Below are positions 56,185 through 64,000 of a stretch of DNA of 64,000 bases, in pieces (positions within the stretch are counted from its first letter, which is position 1; the number at the start of each line of letters is the position of its first letter). Both the position numbers and the translations under genes were made by a program. The notes under the pieces are model-generated. The model saw only the letters and a program-made list of their open reading frames with translations. It had not been told where the DNA came from and did no database searches. Source of the DNA: Thecamonas trahens ATCC 50062 (taxonomy: Eukaryota; Protista; Apusomonadida); assembly GCF_000142905.1 (NCBI RefSeq), contig NW_013657638.1, positions 213,103 to 277,102 of the forward strand, read 5' to 3'.

Positions 56185-57195
56185 ATGACGACTGTATCTT
56201 GCACTATGGGAGCATCAGCTGTCGACGACGAGCCATGGGCATCCAACGCACCCCATACGAGTGGTGGTCCTACCATTGCCGAGCCGGTCGAGGCCGTGCC
56301 AGGCCTGTTCTTCATCGCCGACTTTGTGGCGCCTGCCGAGTCGGACGCCTTGCTAGACTTTCTGGCGGCATGCGACAGATGGAAGAGCATGGGAACCGGT
56401 CGGCGAGTCCTACACTTTGGCCACATGTTTGACTATGCCACAGAGAGTGTTGTTCCCATTCCGGATCCAGATTGTCCGGACGATGTGTTTATGCCGGCAG
56501 CGCTTGCGCCGGTTGTGGCGAGCATCAACGCACTGGTCACGCCTGACGGCTCGCCACTACCGGGCGGTCCGCAGGCGTATGATCAGGTCATTGTCAACGG
56601 GTACGAAAAGAGCCAGGGCATCCACCCACACATCGATCGGACGCATTGCTTTGGCCCGGTCATCGCCGCGCTCTCGCTCGGCGACGATGCCGTGCTTACC
56701 TTTCTCCGCGACACCCAGGATGGGCGGGTTGTGTACGACGTCCCTGTCCCGGCCCGGTCGCTCTACATCATGACTGGCGACGCGCGGTACGCGTGGCGCC
56801 ACGGGCTCGATGCCAGGACCAACGCCGCGGTGCGGACAGGTGTCGAGCGGGTCTCGATCACGTGGCGGACTGTTGTCGACAGCGAGACTGCGGCGGCAGT
56901 GACGCCGTCCGCCAACTCGCTGCCGGGCGTCATCATCGATGCTCTTCGCCCCGAGACAGACCTTGTTATTGAGGGCGAGCTCGTCGGCCGCGTCGTTGGC
57001 CGCCGCGGAGCGACTGTACGCGCGCTCTCCGGCCGCCTCGGCTCACAGTTGGTCGTCGGCACGCTCGCCGGCGATCCCTCGGTCGGGTTGGTCCGCATCC
57101 TCGACCGAGGCACCACCTCGCTCGAGGCCCTGCAGACCGAGCTCGACGCCATCCTTGACCCGTTCCGCTCGAGCGGCGCCGCCGCCGAAGACTAG
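56185..57195 (+). CDS. AlkB-family 2OG-Fe(II) dioxygenase with a C-terminal KH domain
   Basis: VPGLFFIADFV, RRVLHFG, DQVIVNGYEKSQGIHPHID, LSLG, RSLYIMTGDARYAWRHG, RVSITWR. KH-like LVIEGELVGRVVGRRGATVRAL. Confidence 0.88.
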   Translation: MTTVSCTMGASAVDDEPWASNAPHTSGGPTIAEPVEAVPGLFFIADFVAPAESDALLDFLAACDRWKSMGTGRRVLHFGHMFDYATESVVPIPDPDCPDDVFMPAALAPVVASINALVTPDGSPLPGGPQAYDQVIVNGYEKSQGIHPHIDRTHCFGPVIAALSLGDDAVLTFLRDTQDGRVVYDVPVPARSLYIMTGDARYAWRHGLDARTNAAVRTGVERVSITWRTVVDSETAAAVTPSANSLPGVIIDALRPETDLVIEGELVGRVVGRRGATVRALSGRLGSQLVVGTLAGDPSVGLVRILDRGTTSLEALQTELDAILDPFRSSGAAAED

Positions 57196-58784
57196 CCAGC
57201 AGCCCGAGCCGACGACCACGTCGTTGACCAGCATGGTCCACGATGCATGCTCAGGAGGGGCAAGGCGGGGCGGGCGAGGCCGAAGTGCTGGATGCGCCAG
57301 CCGGCTCCCCGCTGCTGCGCTCTGGATCTCACTCAATGAAAGTGCATACCACAAGTCTGCGCTGTGGTCGGCGAGCCAGAGGTGAGAGCCGGCGAGCTGG
57401 AGCCGCGCAAGCGGCGGCGCGTCCGAAGAACCGACGATCCACCAGCACCAGGTGGCACATTCGACGTCAAGGAGGTAAAGGACACGGCCGAGGCCGAGCC
57501 AGAGCTTCGTGGCAGTAGTGAGCGAGTCGCCATCCACCACCCACCGCCACTCGCGTGGATCGCCGAGGACAGATGAGAGGTCGGGGGCGGCGAGAAAGTG
57601 GGCGCGTGGCAGAACCAGCCGGCGCCCGCGCGCCTCGAGCGCCCACTCGGGCGGCATGGGCTGAAGTGCGCACATGGTTGTCGGTCCGATCACCCGCCTC
57701 ATCAGCGAGGGCGTGTCCAGGCAGACAACAGACGAAGCTCGCTTGGCGTCGAGCGCGGTTATGGCCAGCAGGAGAGTGTCGGCCTGGGTTACGGCCAGGC
57801 CCTTGGCCAGCACACCCTCGCCACGCCACACATGACGCATTCCGCCGCTCTGCATGCACGCCACAGAAACATCGGACCATCCACTTGTCGAGTGCTGGGT
57901 GTAGACGACGTGGAGGCCACGGCAGCCGCCGGAGATAAAGCGGGCGACGACCGCCGGGAGGTGCATTGACCGCGATGGGAGCGAAGGCCGGCGCTCGGGC
58001 GTCGGCATGCAGACAAAGACCCACTCGCCGTCGGGCGCCAGCTCGTAGCACACAACCGCGCCGTCCCACAGGCCGATGACCAGGCTTAGAGGACCACCAG
58101 GCGCAGCCGCCATGTCCACCGACGTCGCCCGCTCGCCGTGGGCGATCCGGAAAGTCGACATGACCTCGCACTCCCCCAAGTGCTGACATCAAAGGCAGCA
58201 ACATTGCCGCCCATCGAGACGGAGACCAAACACGAGGCGTCGGGCGAGAAGCCGACAGCCACCATAGAGTACAGGTCGTCGACGACAAGAACGGCGGTGA
58301 CCTCCCCGTCAGCCTCGAGCAGATGCAGCAGCAGGCCACAAGCGCCGGCCACAGCTACCATAACCTTTCCTGAGCCATCAGGCAGATGAATTGCGGCGAG
58401 TGCAACCGGCACCATATGCAGCTCGAGCTCGATGAGCCTGCCCTCGCCCAGGAAGGAGTAAACGAGCCGCGGGGCGGCGCCTGGCACGACGGCACCCGCG
58501 GCGAGAAAGGGACCGCCATGGTCGGGAGCCAGGCCCGCCACTGCTGCCACCACCACATGCTTGTCGCACAACGCCTCGTCGACCACAACCGAGCCAGTCT
58601 GCGGAGCCTCTCCGCCTTGGACCACCCACGCCAGCTTGCCTTCGCCCACCACCGCCACCGCGCCCGTCCCCCTCCCGCCCACCAGCGCATTGCACACACG
58701 GACAGACGGCGGCACAGGCACAGCCAGACCGTCCATCCTCGTCTCCTTGCCACACGCCTCGATCTTGTCGCCGTCGATCACCAC
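57043..58784 (-). CDS. Divergent WD40/beta-propeller-like protein, frameshifted near 58175; both termini uncertain
   Basis: Two abutting beta-rich ORFs (VAVGFSPDASCLVSVSMGGNVAAFDV; LVIGLWDGAVVCY) that join across a G run. Confidence 0.45.
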
Positions 58785-58864
58785 ACCGATCGCTACGTCG
58801 AGAGCCGACGCCGATCACCGCGTTGAGAGCCGAGTGGTGGTGGCTGTACTGCCTTGAGCTACAG

Positions 58865-59093
58865 ATGACCAGCAGCCCAGCCTCATCGACGACCAGCAGC
58901 CCAGCCTCATCGACGACCAGCCCAGCCTCATCGATGACCAGCAGCCCAGCCTCATCGACGACCAGCCCAGCCTCATCGATGACCAGCAGCCCAGCCTCAT
59001 CGACGACCAGCAGCCCAGCCTCATCGACGACCAGCAGCCCAGCCTCATCGATGACCAGCAGCCCAGCCTCATCGATGACCAGCAGCCCAGCCT
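58865..59093. repeat. 24/21-bp minisatellite (GA[T/C]GACCAG[CAG]CCCAGCCTCATC), about 10 copies
   Basis: Directly visible; two copies lack one CAG. Confidence 0.93.
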
Positions 59094-59297
59094 ATCAATC
59101 ACATCGCCACCTACCGTCGTCGGCAGCCAGATGGAATGCCAAGATCAGCCGCACCGCCCTGCCCGCCCGCCATTGGATCGTCCGCCAGCACATCGACCGA
59201 TTGCAGTTCACCGTCTTGGGCACTCCAGCCGCCAGACAGCCACCGCCACCACCACCACCACCACCACACCCGTCTGGAGCACACCCTCCCGGCACTC

Positions 59298-60426
59298 ATG
59301 GACTACTATGCTGTGCTCGGTGTGGCCCGGGATGCCACCGACGCAGAGCTGAAGAAGGCGTATGTTCCCCCCTCCCCCCCTCCCCCTCCCCCCTTCCCCT
59401 TCCCTCCCGCCACCCAACACGGCCGTTGCCCCCCCCCCCCCCCCCCTCTCCCCCCCCCTCCCGCACTCACCGCCACCTGCTTGTTACGACAGATACCGCA
59501 AGGCGGCCATCAAGTGGCACCCGAGGAAGAATGCCGAGAGCGAGGAGGAGGCCGAGGTTGCGTTTGCAGAGGCAGCGGAAGCGTATGAAGTCCTTTCTAT
59601 GCCAGTCCTCCGTGCCGTCTTTGACCAGTATGGCGAGACTGGGCTCAAGGAGGGCATTCCTGACGGCGGTGGTGACATTCCTGGCTTTGATGGCTACACC
59701 TTTTCTGGTGATCCTTATGCTGTCTTTACAAAGATGTTTGGTGGTGAAGCGCCCTTTGCTCTCTTTGCCGATCCGCTCAACGGCCCGGCAAAGTCGTCGG
59801 TCTTTGGCGCTGGTGCCGTTGCCCGCTCGCCCGTCAAGCCCGCCACCGACCTCCACACCCTGCGTCTGACGCTGGAGCAGCTGTATGCTGGATGCACCAA
59901 GAAGATCAAGATCACTCGCCGGGTGCTCAATAGCGACGGACAGACAACCCGCGAGCAGGCGACTGTCCTGACCGTGCCGATCAAGCCGGGCTTCAAGGCC
60001 GGCACGCGCATTACCTTTGCGGGCCAAGGCGACCAGGGCCCCGGCATGGAACCGGGCGACGTTGTCTTTGTTGTTGCCGAGAAGCCGCACAAGGTCTTTG
60101 CCCGCAACGGCAACGACCTGGTCTACACCGCCACCGTCTCGCTCCTCCACGCACTCACCGGCTTCACCGTCGAGCTCACCACACTCGACAACCGCAGACT
60201 CGCCATCCCCATCAACGACGTCGTCGAGCCGGGATTCTCTAAGAAGGTCCACGGCGAAGGCATGCCTCTGCCTGGAACTCCGGGCGCCAGAGGTGACTTG
60301 TACATCAAGTTTACCGTTGTCTTCCCGAACAACCTCAACGGCAAGCAGAAGAACCACATCCGCGCCGCCCTCGGCCCGCCGCCCAAGAGCCAACCGGCCA
60401 AGCTCCCAGGAAAGAGCTCGTCGTGA
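59298..60426 (+). CDS. DNAJB13: Type II DnaJ/Hsp40, DNAJB13 (radial spoke RSP16)-like; intron 59360-59492
   Basis: MDYYAVLGV...KKA|YRKAAIKWHPRKN, AEAYEVLS, DQYGETGLKEG, LTLEQLYAGCTKKIKI, GTRITF..QGDQ, GEGMP. The J-domain lacks HPD. Confidence 0.8.
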
Positions 60427-60460
60427 TCGCCGTAAACATGCCTTACTCTTGCCTGTGCAG

Positions 60461-63133
60461 CTAGTGGTGCAGGTTGGGCGGCTGGAGCATATCTGATCGA
60501 CCCCGCCTACGTTGGCCCTTGCGCCGAACCCGCCGCGAGTGCCGCAGCCGCCGGTACTGGTGGTACTCTGCCGACTTGCCGAACCCGAGCTGGGCCTGGT
60601 AGGTTTCGGGCGCGTACCGGCGCGGATGCTCAGCCTTATCAGCGAGGAGCTCGTCAAACTTGGCCGGGCACGCTCTCTGCACCACCTTGGCCATGTGCCG
60701 ATGCAGGGACGGCAGATCAAGGTCGTAAAGGAACTCGTGCCGGAGCAGGTCGCCTGGCGTCGGCCGCCGCTGCGGATCGCGCTCCAACATAAGGCTAACA
60801 AAGGCACGACAGGCTGGCGAGAACCGGGCTGCAGGCAGGCGCGGCGTGCCGGACTCTAAATAGTCGAGATGGCCAAAGGCATCAAGCGACGGCGGCGGAA
60901 TGCCTCGAGTCCGTGGCCCATTGCGGGTCTCGACCTCGTCGACGTCCTCTAGCGGGTACGGATAGCGCCCCACCGCAAGCTCAACGAGCGTGATGCCCAG
61001 CGCCCAGATGTCTGCGGCGTGCGGATGGTCTGCGGCGCCGTCGCCGGCGCCAATCGACTCGGGCGCGACGTAGTTGAGCGTTCCGACGGCGGCGGCGGCC
61101 CCAGTCTCGTCCGACAAGTGGACCGAGATTCCGAGGTCCGAGACCTTGACCTCGCCGTTGAAGCCACAGAGGATGTTGTCGGGCTTGATGTCACGGTGCA
61201 TGATGTCGCGCGACTGCAGGTAGTGCAGGGCCTCGAGGACAGACTTGGCCACCAGCTTGATGGCCTTCTGGTCCATGGCACCGCCGGCAAGGTACACGTC
61301 ACGGAGCGAGCCGGCGGTCATGTACTCCATGCAAAAGGTGACCATTCCGTCGACAAAGTACGCGCCGAGAAACTTGACAATGAACGGCGACTGGCAGCGG
61401 AACATGAAGCGGAGCTCGCGTGCAATGCCGGTGCGGAACTCGGGGTCGGGCTTGAGCGGCAGGTGCTTGATGGCAAGGAGCCGATTGGTGACCCGGTCGA
61501 CAACCTTGGAGACGACGCCAAACGAGCCCTCGCCGAGCTTGACCCCGAGCTCCTCGATGTCGTCGCCAGCAATGCCCCACGAGTACACAGCCCGCGCCCG
61601 CTGCTCGAGCAGGGTTAACAGCTCGCGCGGCGTGCCTGGCGAGACAAGCGCAAACGACGACTCGTCCTTGCCTTCCACAATCACGCCGTGCTTGTGGTAG
61701 AGGATACCGTTGACCGGATCGTAGACCCCGTTGAGCCGCCGCGACGACTTGGTGCCGACAGTGACTCCAAAGTGCGCGTACGGGTTGTAGACGCTGCTCT
61801 CTCCCGAGGTCTTGTAAGAGCCCGATCCCGATCGAAGCTGCGAGCTCCAAGCTGATGACGGCTCCGAGTACTCCGAGTCGTAGTCCGAGCCCACACCCGA
61901 CGAGCCGGACGAGAGCATCGACGATTCGCTGCCGCCGCTAGCAGCAAACGGATTTCCGACGCTGTCTCCCGGGACGGGTAGCGGCGTGGGGAGGCCAGAG
62001 CCAAGGGTGGCACCCAGCGCAAACGAAGCCGAGCGCCTGTTGTGCTTGGAGAGCGCCCGCTTGACCAGCTGAGTGCGGATGGTTGGCGAGCGCGAGCGTG
62101 AGCGCGAGCGCCGATGCTTGGCACGGGGCTTTGGTCGCCGTCCGTGCGAGTCTGCCCGCTTTCGGCCCGGCACCGAGCGGTGGCCGCGCGACTTGGACTT
62201 GGACTTGCCGCGCCTGCGGTGGTCGCGGATCTTGGCCTTGGCCTTGATGGTGCCTTCGGCCTTGCCCTTGGCCTCGGCCTCGATGGCGCGGAGGAGAAAG
62301 TCCTTGTCAACGTTCTTGAGCATGTCGATGAGGTGGTGCACGTCCGACGAGACCGACGAGACTTGCGGCGACGGCGAGGCCACTAACATCGACGGTGTCG
62401 ATCGCGACGGCGAGAGCGGCGGTATAGCACGGCGGAATCGCGGCGAGTCGCGGGTTGGCGACCGCTGCAGAGGCGTTCGTGGTAGAACCATCTCGACGTA
62501 TGCCTCATCGCCCGGCGGCGTGACTGCGATCCTCCTGGCCGACCCAAGTTCGCTCCTCGTCCCGTCTGCGGTCGGACTCATAGAGCTGATCGGCGACACC
62601 ACAGCATCCGCTAGGTTCCCCTTTGGAAGCGCGAGCTTGGGCGGGCCCAGCTTGGGCGTACCACCCACAGGCTTTGGCGACGAGATCGTCGCTCCGGCGA
62701 GATTTCCCTTTGGAAGTGCGATCTTGGGCGGGCCCAGCTTGGGCGTGCCACCCACAGGCTTTGGCGACGAGATCGTCGCTCCGGCGAGATTGCCCTTTGG
62801 AAGTGCGATCTTGGGCGGGTCCAGCTTGGGCGGGCCCAGCTTGGGCGTACCACCCACAGGCTTTGGCGACGAGATCGTCGCTCCGGCGAGATTGCCCTTT
62901 GGAAGTGCGATCTTGGGCGGGTCCAGCTTGGGCGGGCCCAGCTTGGGCGTACCACCCACAGGCTTTGGCGACGAGATCGTCGCTCCGGCGAGATTGCCCT
63001 TTGGAAGTGCGATCTTGGGCGGGCCCAGCTTGGGCGGGCCCAGCTTGGGCGTACCACCCACAGGCTTTGGCGACGAGATCGTCGCTCCGGCGAGGTTCCC
63101 CGCGGGCATGTGCAGCTTTGGCGGACCAGGCAT
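60461..63133 (-). CDS. STE7/MAP2K-like protein kinase with N-terminal tandem repeats
   Basis: LGEGSFGVV, LAIK, RELRFMFRCQSPFIVKFLGAY, CMEYMTAGSL, MHRDIKPDNIL..GEVKVSDLG, VGTLNYVAPE, ADIWALGITLVELAVGRYPY. Confidence 0.9.
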   Translation of the reverse strand: MPGPPKLHMPAGNLAGATISSPKPVGGTPKLGPPKLGPPKIALPKGNLAGATISSPKPVGGTPKLGPPKLDPPKIALPKGNLAGATISSPKPVGGTPKLGPPKLDPPKIALPKGNLAGATISSPKPVGGTPKLGPPKIALPKGNLAGATISSPKPVGGTPKLGPPKLALPKGNLADAVVSPISSMSPTADGTRSELGSARRIAVTPPGDEAYVEMVLPRTPLQRSPTRDSPRFRRAIPPLSPSRSTPSMLVASPSPQVSSVSSDVHHLIDMLKNVDKDFLLRAIEAEAKGKAEGTIKAKAKIRDHRRRGKSKSKSRGHRSVPGRKRADSHGRRPKPRAKHRRSRSRSRSPTIRTQLVKRALSKHNRRSASFALGATLGSGLPTPLPVPGDSVGNPFAASGGSESSMLSSGSSGVGSDYDSEYSEPSSAWSSQLRSGSGSYKTSGESSVYNPYAHFGVTVGTKSSRRLNGVYDPVNGILYHKHGVIVEGKDESSFALVSPGTPRELLTLLEQRARAVYSWGIAGDDIEELGVKLGEGSFGVVSKVVDRVTNRLLAIKHLPLKPDPEFRTGIARELRFMFRCQSPFIVKFLGAYFVDGMVTFCMEYMTAGSLRDVYLAGGAMDQKAIKLVAKSVLEALHYLQSRDIMHRDIKPDNILCGFNGEVKVSDLGISVHLSDETGAAAAVGTLNYVAPESIGAGDGAADHPHAADIWALGITLVELAVGRYPYPLEDVDEVETRNGPRTRGIPPPSLDAFGHLDYLESGTPRLPAARFSPACRAFVSLMLERDPQRRPTPGDLLRHEFLYDLDLPSLHRHMAKVVQRACPAKFDELLADKAEHPRRYAPETYQAQLGFGKSAEYHQYRRLRHSRRVRRKGQRRRGRSDMLQPPNLHH
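62612..63125 (-). repeat. Coding tandem repeat of 102/87 bp: 5 copies plus one degenerate (PKGNLAGATISSPKPVGGTPKLGPP[KLxPP]KIAL)
   Basis: Anchor positions 62691, 62778, 62880, 62982 and 63084. Confidence 0.95.
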
Positions 63134-63450
63134 GAGTGCGGAGCGACGAGCGGACGACAGAGAACGTCCCACCCAGAGACAACACACAGGCAGACACACC
63201 GTGTCCCAAGTCTAAAGGTAAATGTCGTATAATGAGTGCGGTGTGAAAGTGCCGGTGCCGATACCGGTGTCGGTATGGCCTGTCCCGTCTCGCCTGTCGC
63301 CTGTCCGGGGACGCCACTCACGCCGTTGCCGCAAGTCACTCTGTCCGCCGTCCGGGTTCGGGTCCCCCTCCCCTCCCCTCCACTCCCCGGGACGGATAGC
63401 GCCAGCGAGGGCGAGCAAGAGCACCTCACTTGTCGTCATTCTCTCCTGGT

Positions 63451-64000
63451 ATGGCTGTACCGCAGCACCTCCTCGAGGCGGATTTTGACCCTCAGGGGTA
63501 CGCTCTTGCGGCTGTTGAGGCTTCGTCTGTGGGCGCTACCCTCGCCGAGTTGACGTCGTCGGTGGCGGCGCTGGAGGCAAGGATCGCCAAGCTTGTCACT
63601 GACCAGCATACGGCGCTGTTGGACTCGGCTGCCAACGTATCGGCCCTGGATGGTGTTCTGTCTAATGTGGTGGACGGGGTGGCAGGGCTAGCTTCGGCCC
63701 TTGCTGCCGTTCGTGCTGCCATCTCGGCGCCTCATGCCGCGGTCGCTACTTCGGCAGCTCAGCTCGAGCGCATGCACACCACTCTGGATCTCTTGCGGGC
63801 TGCGGCTGTCTTCTTCTCTACCCTGGACCGCCTGGCTACTGCTGTCGCTGGAGGCATCGATCCGGTCCTGGCCCGGGCTGCCCTGCTCGTCTTTCGCCTT
63901 CGGGCCCTCCTTGATGCCCATCCGTTGCTCGCTCAGCTCGACAAGGTCGCGGCCTCGCTCGAGTGGCTGGACGAGACGGCGTGCGCGGTCGATGCTGCGG
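63451..64000 (+). CDS. COG5: Conserved oligomeric Golgi complex subunit 5, N-terminal part (runs off the window)
   Basis: Hand translation: MAVPQHLLEADFDPQGYA...LEARIAKLVTDQHTALLDSA...ISAPHAAV..SAAQLERMHTTLDLLRAAAVF. Confidence 0.75.
   Translation, partial: MAVPQHLLEADFDPQGYALAAVEASSVGATLAELTSSVAALEARIAKLVTDQHTALLDSAANVSALDGVLSNVVDGVAGLASALAAVRAAISAPHAAVATSAAQLERMHTTLDLLRAAAVFFSTLDRLATAVAGGIDPVLARAALLVFRLRALLDAHPLLAQLDKVAASLEWLDETACAVDAA

Noticed and set aside
57043-57195. About 150-nt antisense overlap between the WD40-like ORF and AlkB-KH
   Set aside because: The WD40-like gene model is poorly defined and already frameshifted, so the overlap may be an artefact.
1880-58180. Six single-base frameshifts (about 1882, 5330, 20400, 28932, 46461 and 58175) read as programmed frameshifting, RNA editing or pseudogenes
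   Set aside because: Each is repaired by changing one homopolymer length by 1. They go in both directions, share no slippery motif, and hit otherwise intact genes, which is typical of sequencing error. Raw reads would settle it.
58815-59102. (LGCWSSMR)n and (TSSPASS)n ORFs
   Set aside because: These are translations of the 24-bp minisatellite.

Overview
This is GC-rich, gene-dense nuclear DNA from a flagellated unicellular eukaryote. It has few spliceosomal GT-AG introns, mostly near gene 5' ends, and four N-gaps. The content (axonemal dynein, a radial-spoke-type DnaJ, Arp2/3, GARP/COG, squalene epoxidase, an integrin-alpha-like FG-GAP protein) fits an apusomonad such as Thecamonas trahens. 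That assignment is inference and was not checked. About 30 protein-coding genes are recognisable. Housekeeping genes include FAHD1, FKBP15, VPS52, ARPC5, p47/NSFL1C, PMM, SQLE, a DNAH1-like dynein, SCAMP, SDA1, an SDR, LYRM7, a DNAJB13-like protein, a MAP2K and COG5. The most interesting content is a set of unusual domain architectures read from the translations: (1) an Sld2/RECQL4-N-like domain fused to an apparently inactive RNase H1 fold; (2) an FKBP25-type BTHB domain fused to TMA7, directly upstream of (3) an AlkB dioxygenase with a C-terminal KH domain; (4) PTEN-C2-WD40; (5) an FG-GAP propeller with an ADAMTS-type Cys motif; (6) a type-I membrane trypsin with an autotransporter-passenger-like stalk; (7) a MAP2K with tandem docking-motif-like repeats and an atypical activation loop; (8) a secretory SAM-methyltransferase fold ending in HHEL. 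There are three intergenic minisatellites and one sharply AT-rich island. Six single-base frameshifts all fall at homopolymer runs and are most likely sequencing errors. I recognised no tRNA, rRNA, CRISPR array or transposon. All domain calls come from remembered motif similarity; no database searches were run.
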